A DNA stretch of 64,000 bases. Origin: Bolinopsis microptera. Taxonomy: Eukaryota. Below are positions 25,000 through 37,830 of the stretch, piece by piece. Every line of letters begins with the position of its first letter. Within the stretch, counting starts at the first letter, position 1. The position numbers were made by a program, and so were the translations under genes. Below the pieces are notes generated by a model. That model was not told where the DNA came from. It did not search any database and saw only the letters and a list, made by a program, of their open reading frames with translations. The DNA lies in contig NC_087073.1 of NCBI RefSeq assembly GCF_026151205.1, positions 19,356,658-19,420,657 on the forward strand, in the 5' to 3' direction.

Positions 25000-25144
25000 T
25001 TTTTAGTTATCCTCGACTTGTCCATTTCGCAATACTTGTTCTCCTTGTAGATAAGCTTTATTGTCTTGCCCAGCACATTTTGTAGGTATAGTGTACCCGT
25101 TATCTTCATATACTGGTCCATACATTTGGAGGCCAGGGTGTTCT
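25000..25144 (-). CDS. RasGAP exon (GAP domain), phase 1 to 2
   Basis: Acceptor CATTTTCAG. It encodes ENTLASKCMDQYMKITGTLYLQNVLGKTIKLIYKENKYCEMDKSRITK, matching RasGAP FRGNSLASK...YL..VL. Donor GTACGG. Confidence 0.65.
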
Positions 25145-25428
25145 CTGAAAATGTAATAGTACAGGACGTGTTGTACAGCATCATGGACTGATGTGCAATT
25201 GGTGTAAAATAGTAAACCTGTTACATCCAATATACGAGAAGTAGTCAGTCGTCATCATGCACACTCTTATATTATCATTAGCTTACAATTCGTCAGCTTT
25301 TTGAAGGTCACGACCTTTTGATGGTCACGACTCGCGAAATGTAAACTCGTTTTTAAATCCGTTGAATTTGTTGTTCAGTTGATGTCATTTGCAAGCAGGC
25401 TGACCCGTGTATGAACTATGAATCTTAC

Positions 25429-26629
25429 CTCTGAAAATAGTCTCAGGAGTAGATTTCTTAGCCTCAAGAGTGAACAACATGCTCAGGAGCCCCTCTATCT
25501 TTCCCTTTCCAAGGAATATCCTGACCAACATGTAGGCCATCTCCATTCTGTCCGTCATGGCTTCCTCCAACAAAGCTAGCGGAGTAATCCCTGTTCTGGG
25601 TATTCCGTTGGTAAAGTTATCCACCTGGAGGATATTCATTAAATTGTGGATATTGTTATATTTTTGTAGGGTAGCTATTTTTGTACTTTTGTGAATTGAT
25701 ACTTTAGAAAGTAAAACCGAACTTTTCCTAATCCAAACCTCCTCAATAAGTAAGTCAATAAGTGGTTGATAAACTAGGGAAGGTAGGATGGATGCCGTGA
25801 CATATCTTATTTTCATTCTTATTGACCCGGCAGCTTGGTGCCCTATAAAGTCTCTCGGTTTCAACCAGAACCACTGATTATACTCCAGTTTCTTCTCAAT
25901 TCTCTTCAAACTAAACGTGATCTCCCCCATGAACTCATCCTTCCCCACAATGTCCCTGTCCCAGAGGGTCAACCGAACTATCTGGTCTGCAGTATCAGCA
26001 GGAACAGGTAAAGTGGTCATCGCATTCCACCTAGGGAACCGGGTCTGTTTCCTTATCTCCGTCTGATACGAGTTTGATCCGAGAGTTAATATCCCGTATG
26101 GATCGGAAGACCCTGTTTTGTCCTTGGCTGCCAGGTCTCTCGCTTCTGCGATTTTAACATCAAGTTTCGTCTCAGATAGCTTGAACTCAAGTCTCACCTC
26201 GCCTGTCACCTCAGAATCCTTAGTCACCTTCTGAAGAGCAAACCAGCGCTCATCCCCAATATTATAGTCTCTCACCATCTCCTTTTTCGTCAGAGTCACC
26301 TTCCCAATGACGTCATCATACCTCAAATCCTCGTCGTACACGTAAACAGAGAGCGCGAAGAAGTTGCGCTGCACGTGCAGCGTGTACTCCTCCCCCCAGA
26401 AGGGGGACAGGGTCCGGTATATGGTCATTGTCCGTAACACTGTCTGGCCGTCCACCTTGACTACACAATACGGGTCTGATGATTTACTCAACGTGTCCAT
26501 TATGGGAAAGTTTTTGCCCTCCGCTATTTTGAGGAATATGGTTGTTTTGGTGTTGTCACTTTCGAATTCATCGTCTGAATCGTTCATAGAACTTGCTACT
26601 GCTTCCATCAGCCGGTCATTAGTTTTCAT
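25429..26629 (-). CDS. RasGAP (GAP1 family: RASA4/RASAL-like) exon encoding tandem C2 domains and the start of the GAP domain. It ends at the arginine-finger FRG.
   Basis: C2A: SDPYCVVKVDG...YVYDEDLRYDDVIG. C2B: SDPYGILTLG...LWDRDIVGKDEFMGE. The exon ends ...TPETIFRG before a GTAAGA donor, in phase 1. Confidence 0.75.
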
Positions 26630-27770
26630 CAGGCTGCAAGAATAATGTGAGATTTTAATTAGTTTATGGGTATCTTTCTACTTATAAAAATTGTAAAGTA
26701 ACCTAAAGTAAGTATTGTAGGGAGCATCACAGCTCTCGACAGACAAAGTGAAACAAGGTGAATAATAATAATTGAAAAACTGTTCAGAAATAAATTATTA
26801 ACCATATTAACTATTATTGACCATATTATTAACCATATGAACTAAATTAATAAACTACTGTAACTATGTTTAACTATTATTAAATATTTTAAAAAAAAGT
26901 TTATTTAAAGTTTGTCTAAACCCTACAGATATATACAAAATGATAGCGAATTATTGTCGGTTAAAGCAATAATTGAGTTGCTTATCCTGCCAAATAGTTT
27001 TGGTGACTTTATCAAAAGGCAAACTTGACCTGTGGTGCCTGATTTGATTCTAGGAAAATGCCATTCATTTCCATGGTGCTACTAAGTAATGGAATAGACG
27101 AATTGAGAATTATTGAGGCATCCCGGGTCTTAAATACTGGTGTGCCCAATTCATCTTAATACCAAGGTCCAATTTTTGCCGTTTAATAACTGTCAAAATT
27201 TGATCGAATGCAAAGAATTCAATTTCGCTGATATTGCTTTTTCAATATGTCCCTGGAATGAGCCCCAATATTTTCCTGGTACCAGAAGTATTTCCATTTG
27301 TTCTGCATGATATTTGATATTGGGCCCAGGAATTTGTTACTCAGTTAGGACTACGTATATTACCGTTATTAAGGATTAATTTTATAGTGTCACTGCCTTC
27401 CAAGGAACACTTCCCCACGTCACGGTGACGTTACGTCACCACTCGCTTAATAATCCCACGAAAAGGCTATGGTCAGGAAGGGGGGAATGAAATGCGGTGG
27501 GATTTGAGTTTATAAATCTATTCTATAAATAGATACATTATTACAAAGCATTTCACATTGTCACAAGACACAGTACCGCGGACTTTTAATTAACCATTTT
27601 CTGGAGATTGATACCAGTACCAGTACCATAGACCAGTCCTGCTGGAGCTTGTTCGTGGAAAATCAGCTATTCTTAAGGATGCAACATTATGGGGAAATTG
27701 TTTAGATGGACAATTTAGAATATTGTGACCAATCACATATATATAATATATATATTTTATATCAATCAAG

Positions 27771-28510
27771 GGGGGGGGGGGGGGGGGGCGGAGGGGTGGG
27801 GCTGACCATATTAAAGTATATTAAAGTATATCCCCGGCCCTAAATCGGGAAAAAATCTACATTTTAATATACTTTAATATACTTTAATATACTTTAATAT
27901 ACTTTAATATACTTTAATATACTTTAATATACTTTTATTTATTTAATATACCCAAAATTAGTCGAGCTATATTCTGCGTTTAGATTTGCAAGATAAGCCT
28001 GTTTTTGGACTAGTACATAAATTTACATCTAGTTTGGTCAAAAAATGGCTGAGTTATGAGCTTCAAACCATATGCCTATATTTGGGCATACGCACCAAAT
28101 TTGAAAGCTACTGCCCAAAATTCGAACAAATTTCAATATTTTTGAATGAGACTATGTGAAAGATATAGCTCGCTATCGGTTGAATAGTGGATACTAAGTA
28201 AAAAGACCTCCATGAACAAAATTGCACGTGTAATATCTCGGTTCGGGATACTAGCCAAAATGACTTCAATAAAATTGAAATAACTTCATCAGTTTTCAAT
28301 ATTTTTGCATGAAATTTTCGGAATCGATTAAGAATTGCATTTCAAGCCTATTGTGGGCAGCGATTTTTGATTTAGGCCTCCAAAAAGATAGGGATATAAT
28401 ATTAAAATATATTGAAGTATATTAAAGTATATCAAAGTATATTAAAGTATATCCCCGGCCCTAAATCGGGAAAAAACCTACATTTTAATATACTTTAATA
28501 TGGTCAGCCC
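27771..28510. mobile_element. MITE-like element (~740 bp) with ~60-bp TIRs. It has a poly-G(19) at the left border and an internal 10-bp tandem repeat.
   Basis: Left end GGGGCTGACCATATTAAAGTATATTAAAGTATATCCCCGGCCCTAAATCGGGAAAAAA... pairs with right end ...TTTTAATATACTTTAATATGGTCAGCCCC. ATACTTTAAT occurs 8 times at 27860-27945. Confidence 0.6.
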
Positions 28511-29287
28511 CCCAATCAATAATAACTAACAAATCTTATCAGTATCAATAAAAACTAAATACCAATTTGCTGTCGTAACAAATCTAGGAGTGGTTGATCA
28601 ATGATCAACTGCGACAATATGATATGAGACAATGATCAACATGTCTCCCAATTTGAAGCCCACGCCTATTATATAGTGCTTTTGAACAGGTTGCTAAGTT
28701 GACACCTACAAATTGAAGTAGTGCATTAAACGTAGGTGTCCGAACTGCCATATATCTCAGACCTATCATCAATATAGAGAAGGTTACCGAGTTATTGTTG
28801 AGTCTCGGGATTGACAAGTGAGTAATGTCTGCCTGGTTAGACAAACTAAGATAAGATTTATGCTGTTATCTTGTCGAACAATCCTCGTCATGGGTGTTAT
28901 GTCTAAAGGATACGGCGTTATAGTTCTTTTATCGAGACTATTGACATATATTTGACATCTTATTATTGATATAAGCGTAATATTACCTTATAAACCGATT
29001 ATTGATCGAATATACTGTCAGGAAGGAGCATAATGGTATATAATACTTATGAAAGTTTTGATGATTTAAAGGATATTTTACTAATTCAGTGGCTAGTAAA
29101 ATAAACATATCAGACTTATATCGTAAGATATAATATAAGACACGGTGAAAGTAACAACGGATTCTAAAAATTATCAACAAATTTTATCAACCCTTTTTAA
29201 AGCAACTATAATTTGCAGCTGATGACTGAAAAATCTGACACGAAACGCACTAACTAAAAATAGAATAATTGACATGACATACCTTAC

Positions 29288-29681
29288 GAGACATATTTAA
29301 AAGGTACGAAAGTCGGTGGTTTTCCGAAAAAAAACACCATTTTTTCGGACTACCGAAATTTAGGTCATCATAATTTTTTTCCCCGTATTTTTTTAACGTA
29401 CGTATTTTCTTTAATTATGACTTTGTCGATTTACTATAAATATACATAGTATAAGTAAGTTATCGATATGATTCATCTAACAAATGAACACTAGTATTAC
29501 ACCTGGGACTACACTGGAGAGAGAAACGTCCCTGAACCAGAAGATCAAGAAGAAATCGACTTGTAATTTTTCAAATTTCATATTTTATTTTATTGATTTT
29601 TGACAAATATTTGGTTTTATTTTTGTAAAATAAAGAAATGAAAAAAAATTCGTCGAATATAAATATGTCTCGTAAGGTAAT
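29288..29681. mobile_element. Small MITE-like element with 20-bp TIRs
   Basis: 29288 TACCTTACGAGACATATTTA pairs with 29660 TAAATATGTCTCGTAAGGTA. The interior is A/T-rich. Confidence 0.45.
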
Positions 29682-30544
29682 GCACTCTAACGTTTCATTT
29701 TGTCTGACAACAAGATCAATAAAAAGAGACCCTCACGGGTCACGATCGGAAGGTTGATTCAGATGAATGTGCAAAATAGGCGGGAGTCCTTTAGATAGCA
29801 CCATGAATCTATTATCTGTCATCAGGGTGTCACACGCAGCTGACATCTACAAAGTTCTTTGTATAAGCATTCTTTGTTCTTATCAGTATTAGGGATAATA
29901 TTATATTAAAAGACTGCTGCGTTCGTATGAGGAGCCAATAGCAAGAATACAATCGAAAATCGAACCACGTCCAACAAAATGATAGACTATTTTTGGCATC
30001 GAACGTTCTAACTTTAGAGTAGCAGTCCTGCAAATTACAACTACTGCTATTCCGGGATCCTGCTATAAGAAACCGAACCTCCATTCTCCAACACTCTCAG
30101 ACTTATAGCTCTCTACATGTTCAATCGTTCTATAATACGATTTGGTGGCTCTGAATAAATTAAAATATCCTCAAAGGTATTTTTGAATATTAAAATGTAC
30201 GACATTAGGAATGGCTCATTATGCTCCTTAATGTTCTAGACCTTTTAATAATTTAAAGTGTTTCAACTTACTACTTTATTGTACTTAAACTCATAATATA
30301 AGACAGACTACCCCCCATGTAACTGATTTGAAACTATAAACTGTAAGTAGAAATGGAAGTCTTCGTCTTTCATAAATGGAATATATCAGCAGTAAGCTTA
30401 AAGAGGCTAAAGGAAAAATCATAGATATTTTAAAAGTGCGCCTATTCTATTATATATCTACTATATATCTGTCTAATGTGTCTATGTGAGGTGCTTAAAG
30501 TTAATTGGACGTGTTCAAACCTGGTTGGTGGTTTTGTTTCATTT

Positions 30545-31530
30545 TTCCCAATCATTACTTCTGGGCCCCCAGATTGAAATCTGTAACATTTTAAGAATAA
30601 CTGAAACTACTGACAAAAACTAGACCCTTTGACTGAGGGCACCCTTAAATCAAAATTTTTGTAACATATTCAGGTCCTGAGATATAGCAGTTTAGTTGGG
30701 GGCCCTGGATATTGAATTTTGTAACACATTTCTATGTTACACTTTTTCAATGGGTTTTTAGAGAAGCTTCTTGATAGTTTTTCAAGTTCAGACCAGTTTT
30801 TCTAGGTCACAAAGGGTTCCATAAACCATATTCTTGACCAAATTTTGTACTTAGGCCCAAAACATTGAATTCTGTAACATATTTATGTTTTCACTGCCAA
30901 GGTCATATCTGGAATATTCAATATATTTTTGTATTGGTAACATGGTTTTTAGATTCTCATACAAAATTCTGAAGCAATCCTTATTCATATAATTTGATAA
31001 AATGGCTGCGGAACTTGAATTATGTAACATTAGAAAGTAAGTGTATAGAGTATGTACCCTAGTGTGAGGGGTATTAGGTAAGCTATATTATAGTTCAGAC
31101 CAGTTTTTCCAGGTCACAAAGGATTCCATAACCATATTCTTGACCAAATTTTGTACTTGGGCCCAAAACATTGAATTTTGTAACATATTTATGTTTTGAC
31201 TACAAAGCTCATATCTGGAATGTTCAATATATTCTTTTACTGGCAACATGGTTTTTAGATTCTCATACAGAATTGTAAAGCAATCCTTATTCGTATAATT
31301 TGATAAAATGGCTGCGGAACTTGAATAATGTAACATTAGAAAGTAAATGTATAGAGTATAGTATATAGTATGTATCCTAGTGTGAGGGGTGTTAGGCAAG
31401 CTATATTATAGTTTTTGAAGTCCATGCCAGTTTGCCTAGGTCATAAGGCCAAGGGTTCCATCAACCATATTATTGACCATATTTTGTACTTGGGCCCAAA
31501 ACATTGAATTTTGTAAGTCCACAGATGGAC
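30545..31530. repeat. Tandem repeat, unit ~310 bp, ~2.3 copies plus diverged partial copies
   Basis: Copies start at ~30786, ~31094 and ~31404 (partial). GGGCCCAAAACATTGAATTTTGTAACAT recurs. ORF 31088-31399 is an artefact. Confidence 0.8.
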
Positions 31531-32726
31531 ATGGAACTCTGACCTGGCATTTTATTGTTACAAATTTCAATATGTAGGGCCCAATTTCTATTTTCTATAC
31601 AATTTGATATATAAATTAAATAAGTTAAATATCCAACCTTTAATCTAATTAGCTATATTAATTTGATTAAATTTACCACGTTCTGTCGCGGATTGTCAAT
31701 TTAAATTACATTACATTTAAATTGTTACAAAATTCAATAATTTGGTCCCAATTATCATTTTTTAAATTTATTAAGTTGTTTCATGTCTTTATTTTAATGC
31801 ATCAACTAACTTAAAACCAATACTGGATCAAACAACCCTGTATAACATACTCATTTGTAACCATGTTACGTTATTCAAAGAAATGGGCCTTTTATTGATT
31901 ATGAACCATATACAAAGATTGTGGTAATGCCTTTATACAAGAATTGCTGCACTAATAACCTGGTTTGAGAGTTAAATACATATCCTACACTAGCTGTGGT
32001 TGTAACAAACTATAAAGATAGATTCATGAAAACAAGATGTTACAAAATGTCCATTTTGGGCCATTTTATGAAATCAAAAGTGGGCCTTTTATCATTCCAC
32101 AGATAAGCAAATACCTAAAGTACATTTTTGTGAAGCAAGAATCTTTAAAATTTAATAATTGGCTGAGCCATTGAAAAGTGTAACCAAATGTTACATTTTT
32201 CAACATAACTGGGCCATTTTACAATATTATTTATAGCCGATGACCTAAGACTATTTGTTATCACAATTATAATCATCTCTGAAAGTTTCAAGACCATCGA
32301 GTAATTATTAATGGAGTTATTGTAAAAATGAGAAAATCGCCCATTTTGGCAGTGAAACAAAACCACCAACCAGGTTTGAACATGTCCAATTATAGTCTGT
32401 GAATATAGATTATATATATGTTGCTAATTCTTGATAATTTGGAACTGAATATTGAATCCAATGACAGATTTCCTTTGAAGGGTGATAAAGGGTGACTGCT
32501 CGGCCGCAATATTAATTGCTGCTTTTCTGATATTTTGACAGCTATTCTAGGGCAGCTACTTATCGACCTTAGATTTAAGAAATAACTTTTAAACTCATGA
32601 TATATGTGATATTGATAAAAGTATTGCCAGTATTACAGTTCATGACTCTACTCCCTGTATCAATTATGAAGGTTTCACGCATCATACCGATGTAATTATA
32701 AATCTCTACCCTATAGAAAGCAAGGA

Positions 32727-32921
32727 ATGATACTAAAAGCGGGTGCAGCTAAGATCCGAGTCCTTCTACCAGTTCTTGGATTCGTATGTTTCCTTGTTTT
32801 CCAGTTCCTGAAATCAGATGATGATGCTGTCACAGATGTTAACACTTTCCTAAGAACGAGACTTTCAAAACTGGTGGATGCTTTTGATGAGAACCATGAC
32901 GGTGTTCTCAACAACGATGAG
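32727..32921 (+). CDS. CREC-family (reticulocalbin/calumenin-like) exon 1: signal peptide plus EF-hand 1
   Basis: Hydrophobic N-terminus VLLPVLGFVCFLVFQFL. EF loop DENHDGVLNNDE. Donor GTAAGA in phase 0. Confidence 0.65.
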
Positions 32922-33245
32922 GTAAGATGTTTTGATGGGGGAAAAGTAGTAAGTAAGAGGATGTAGTCAGTATGTGGGGAACCACACATGAAACGAACAA
33001 AATCACGGACCCTGAGAAATTGTGCAAATGTTGCCAGCTTACAGTCGTTACTATATAAATAAACTATAGATCTTGCGAAATCTTTGATCTTAAATATCAC
33101 CCCAAAGAAGCAAATACAATGGCGGGCTCGGCACACATTATTACATTTAAAGATTTAATGACAATTGTGATACATACTCTCGTCCCGGCCGGCACTGTTA
33201 ATGGACTACCTACTGAAAGTAGGGGTGACTCCTTCAGTCGGTCAG

Positions 33246-33398
33246 TTCATCAAGTATATAAACAAGTTTATCTCTCAGTTGTTATCGTGGTTCTACATGG
33301 TAGACATGGGAGACAAGGCAAACGAACTGAAGGTGACATGGGAGGGAGCTGACCGTGATGGGGACGGGCACATCACCCTCAACGAATACTTAGAGCAA
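33246..33398 (+). CDS. CREC-family exon 2 (EF-hand 2). Boundaries are approximate and the donor is non-consensus.
   Basis: FIKYINKFISQLLSW...WEGADRDGDGHITLNEYLEQ resembles calumenin WIKFAQKRW...WKGHDLNEDGLVSWEEY. The acceptor is a CAG. The donor was not confidently located. Confidence 0.4.
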
Positions 33399-35281
33399 GT
33401 CGGCTTTTTAGCGGTCAGCATATCCACCATTTGACCTTATACAGATATTTCACGTGTTTTCTCGTAAGTTGGGGCTTTCTTTCTCTCGTCGTAATAAGGA
33501 CTTGTTCTTTGTTAAGAAAATAAAGTACCCCTGGTCATGTGACAGGTTACGCAGAGTACGCAGAAACATTATTTTTAGCACCCGTACTGTAAAAGGTTCT
33601 TTATCTTCATTTACCCTCAGAAAGAAAGGTGTTCTTAGCCTAAAGAAATTCAGGATATGAGAACAAAGGCCGTAAAAAATGTAGGATAGTGCTGCAGTTA
33701 GTTTCTTATAGAATAAGTTTTCATTAAAGTAACAGGGCGGTCAAACAATAGTTAGTCAGTTTAGTTGCCCCAATGTTGCATAAAATTAGTGCATCATTTT
33801 TAGGGCGTGGGTCTATAGTCTATACTTATAAGTTGCCATTCTAAAAACCGTCATTAATCGAGTAAAATGAGATCGAATTAGCTCTAAATCCATCAGAATT
33901 TGCTGACGGTGACGAATCAAATTTTCTGGATTTCTAATCGTGTATTCTTCTTTTCTACGACTACTGGACCTTTTAGAGTAACAGTATTGAAAAAAGGGAT
34001 GAGATAAAACTTAGATATGGGATGATACTTGATAGTATCGGCTGATAAGAATTAACTCTAGAGATACTGAAACAATACTAGGTACCTTAAATACCTTTTC
34101 AGCTTATAGATCTGTTTAGAGTTGTTATTATGAGGAGCAAAAAACAAAAAGACTAGCTAACAAATAATTTAAAGCTTTTAAGTAGCACGATAAGGGGAGA
34201 GCAAGGTAGCACTGAGGTGACAGGAGTGACAGTGCCACCGGCATCATCCAGTTATTTGGCTCTGAAATGAAATCGAAATATCTAGCTCTCTACACCAGCT
34301 ACCTAACGAGATTTACAGGGAACTGACTGTCCTTGTAGTTATATATCCGTGAACTTGACTGAATTTGTCAAATGAGGTGTGACGATGAACTAATTTCCAT
34401 TAAATGTTAATATAGTAGCGACTAGAACGAGACACCGTCTTTAGCAGTGCAATCTTCGTGTCCTCTGTCAATACTTCACTAATACGTCACTAATACGTGT
34501 GCTCTGTCAATACGTCACTAATCTTTCTTTTATATGATTCGCTCAACGTCCTGATCATCTGTTAATTATTTTATTTTTAATTAATTATTTGAATTAAAAT
34601 TTAATCAAAATCTTGCTTAATCTGACTAAACTCTAATTTTTATTGGTTTCTTCTATAGACATTTTTGAAGTTATTGCTTAAAATAGTAACTATTATATCT
34701 GACTTGAAAAAGGGGACTCACTTTAAGGGATAAAATAAGGATAAAATCAATTATAGTCATATCTGTGACAGGCTACTCCAGTTGATCTAAACTTTCATTC
34801 ATCATTGTTTTTCAAATAAGTTATAATCTTACTATATATAAAGCGAGACGATATATATGGATATATGGATCCGACGGATCCATCCGTGCCATTTTACTGA
34901 CACCAGGGCATCAACTTTAACGCGACTTTCCGCAAAAACCGTAAAAGATATACAACTGAAACTTTTTTGACTGGGTCAAATGCTTTAATGGCCTTCAAAT
35001 CAGCATGAAAAAATTAAAAATTGGCCAAGGAATAAGAATTTTAGTGCCCAAAATTTGGACTCCCAAGTGGTGTCAAAAACGCGAATTAAATAGGTAATAA
35101 TTATTTTATTCTCTCGAGTCTTGACACCACTTTAGGGTAGACGGGTTCCTGCTAGTTACAAATAAACTACAAAAGAAAAAGCCCGAACATCTGTTTGATA
35201 TGAGATTTGCAGAAGGGAGGAGTTGTAAAAGTAAAATTTGAACAATTCCATACTTTTAATCTGATACTTTTATATTTTCAG

Positions 35282-35445
35282 GACGACCCAAGTTTTGTAA
35301 AAGCGACAAGACGGAGGTTTCTAAGCGTCGACAAAGATCGAAATGATATGCTGAGCAAAGAAGAGTTTGCTATATTCTTATTTCCTGAGCTTTCTCCTGA
35401 AATGACGCACACTCTGTACGACGAGGAAATGGCGGATCGCGACGC
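35282..35445 (+). CDS. CREC-family exon 3 (EF-hand 3 plus the start of EF-hand 4)
   Basis: Acceptor TTATATTTTCAG. ATRRRFLSVDKDRNDMLSKEEFAIFLFPE matches calumenin [29 protein letters not shown]. Donor GTAAGT in phase 2. Confidence 0.7.
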
Positions 35446-36463
35446 GTAAGTTAAATTGATTGATTGAGAAATTAATGAGAATGAATACAGGTTAAATGAG
35501 ATGTTGGTTATTAAACCACTTCAATGATACCTCACAAACATAACGTCTGCGTCAGGGACTGCACAGTTAACAGAAACCGGAAATAATGTTGTAATAGCTG
35601 TGCAAGCAGTGATGGCATAGTTCTAATGTACCGTCACAATAGTGAATTTAATATATAATAATAGCAGTTTTTGACCTTTATATCAATAGACCGTCTATGA
35701 ATCATAGCCATTTAGCCTGTCTAGAAAATTAAAAAAACACCGATTCAATCCCACAGAAACGGCTCCAGAAATGTCATCAATATTATATAATATTGTAATA
35801 AAAACTAAAAGTAGCAGCCATTAGCCAACAACTTCCCCAGTCGCCGCCCTCGCAACGCCCACTGGAATGTGGGGGTGTACTACGCAGTTGGGTTTATCCC
35901 TTTTATCGAATATCTGCCACTTCCAGGAGCTTTTCCTCTATATTTCTACTTAAAACAGTCTCTCTGATATTATATAAATGTCGCCGAAATTTGCTTCACA
36001 GTTCACCGTAAACTGAGATTATCGTCATATCGATATAAGTAGTGATTATTTTCTTATTATCTATAGAAATAATACTTGGTCCACTCTGAGCACTGAATTA
36101 TGCTATGCACGTGAGACGTGAGTGAAGTCGATATGAAAAAAATATTTTCTTTACGATCCCCCACATGAATGATTAAGTTTGGCCAAAATTTTGAATCGAT
36201 CAAAAAAGCAACTAAGATTGTCTTACATCAAAGCAAATTATTTAAGTATTGGTGGTTAAAATGTCATCATCCAATGAAGGGATGGGTTTCGAAATACCGA
36301 CAATTTAAGTGGCATGAAATGACGTGTGAACGATCCCTTAAACGATTATAAAATTGGAAATGGTACGACTTCGATTTATAACCCTTTTACCCTTAACCAA
36401 ATTAATTTGTAAACTAATTGATGGATGAAGAAAGCTCTGAATATTGTGACACTCAATTCTCAG

Positions 36464-36806
36464 GAACCATGACAACCACCTCTCCCTGCACGAATATCTG
36501 GGTCTCACCGAGGAGGAGCTAGCTGACCAGGAGCGACAATTCACTGTCCAGCAACACGTGGACTACTTTCGCGCGCATCTTGACACCAACCACGACGATA
36601 TCCTTAACCCTGACGAGGTTTTAGCGTGGGTTTCAGATGATAAGAGACATTTGAGGGTGAAAGCGGAGAAGGTGATGCAGACGGTGGATAAGGATAGGAA
36701 TGGGGTGTTGAGTATTGAAACTGAGATTACAAGTGATGTGAAGTATTTTTCAGAGCATGAATTGACGAGGTATGGTGATATGCTGCTTTACCAGGATGAA
36801 CTTTAG
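36464..36806 (+). CDS. CREC-family terminal exon (EF-hands 4-6), ending QDEL-stop
   Basis: Acceptor TTCTCAG. The EF loop DRDA|NHDNHLSLHE is split by the intron. Further loops are DTNHDDILNPDE and DKDRNGVLSIE. The C-terminus is YQDEL, an ER-retention-like signal. Confidence 0.75.
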
Positions 36807-37308
36807 TTTTAAAATATGTGCAATTAATTGATTGATTATTTCGAATTAATAAGTCTGGATAATAGATGATAATTTTGTTGTTTTTTGTAAATAACTTCAG
36901 GTAGATTGGATGTTGATAATTTATTTCACTCAGATTAATGTTTTTGTGACAGTGTCACAATGTAGATTGTATTGTCATGGTGTCCTGACTTTAGTGTATA
37001 TACGATGTTTTGCGGTAAGTACAACAGGTGTCTATATTTGTTTATTTATTTTGTGTGTATTGTGTAGACTATAGGTGTGACGATCATTATACAGAATATG
37101 AACAAATTCCATGAAATTTACGTGATTAAAACGATAAACCCCATTCCTTAAAAACGGTTTTATTTTAATCAGATTTTCGTAAAAATGTCATGATTTGAAG
37201 CAAAGACTGATATCAGGGAAATTAAAAGTACATTGATGCAGTCAAAGCACATTCAACTTGGAACGATCAAAGATTGCAACACAACATACAACACAGGAGA
37301 ACAATACC

Positions 37309-37478
37309 CCTTCCTTAGTATCATGAATTAATAAAAGCAAAGTAAGCAGATAAGGTGTTGGTTACCAATAAGTTCGGATTGTATGAAGTCTGGTAATCAA
37401 TATCCCACGAAGATAGATAAAGTCTTGACATGAATTTTAAACTGCATTAATTATAGTGGATAAGCACCTCCAGCATAG
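37309..37478. repeat. Left arm of an outer ~170-bp inverted-repeat pair enclosing the palindrome
   Basis: Reverse complement of 39478-39650 at ~95% identity. Confidence 0.8.
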
Positions 37479-37830
37479 AGCCGCTCAGTAATTCATACTT
37501 CATTTATATTCATTATATGATTAAAAAAGGTCTGAGGAGAAGAAATAATATACAAGTTAGATCACCAGCTTGAATCTGAATTTGACGCTGATTATCATAG
37601 ACTGCTTTTAATACCCAGCTGTTCTGATTTATAATTGATTGGCTCGCTCATCTAAGCTTCTAAGTTGTGGGATGAGTTTACTCTAATAAGATAAATATAG
37701 GTGACATATTATTACACTGAAACCAAATCTTATTTGATTTGATAATAATGGACAACGCCTCCGCGATCTTATATTAGTCAATATCATTTAAAAGTTGAAA
37801 TAAGAAATCTAAATTAAGAATTTACCATCC

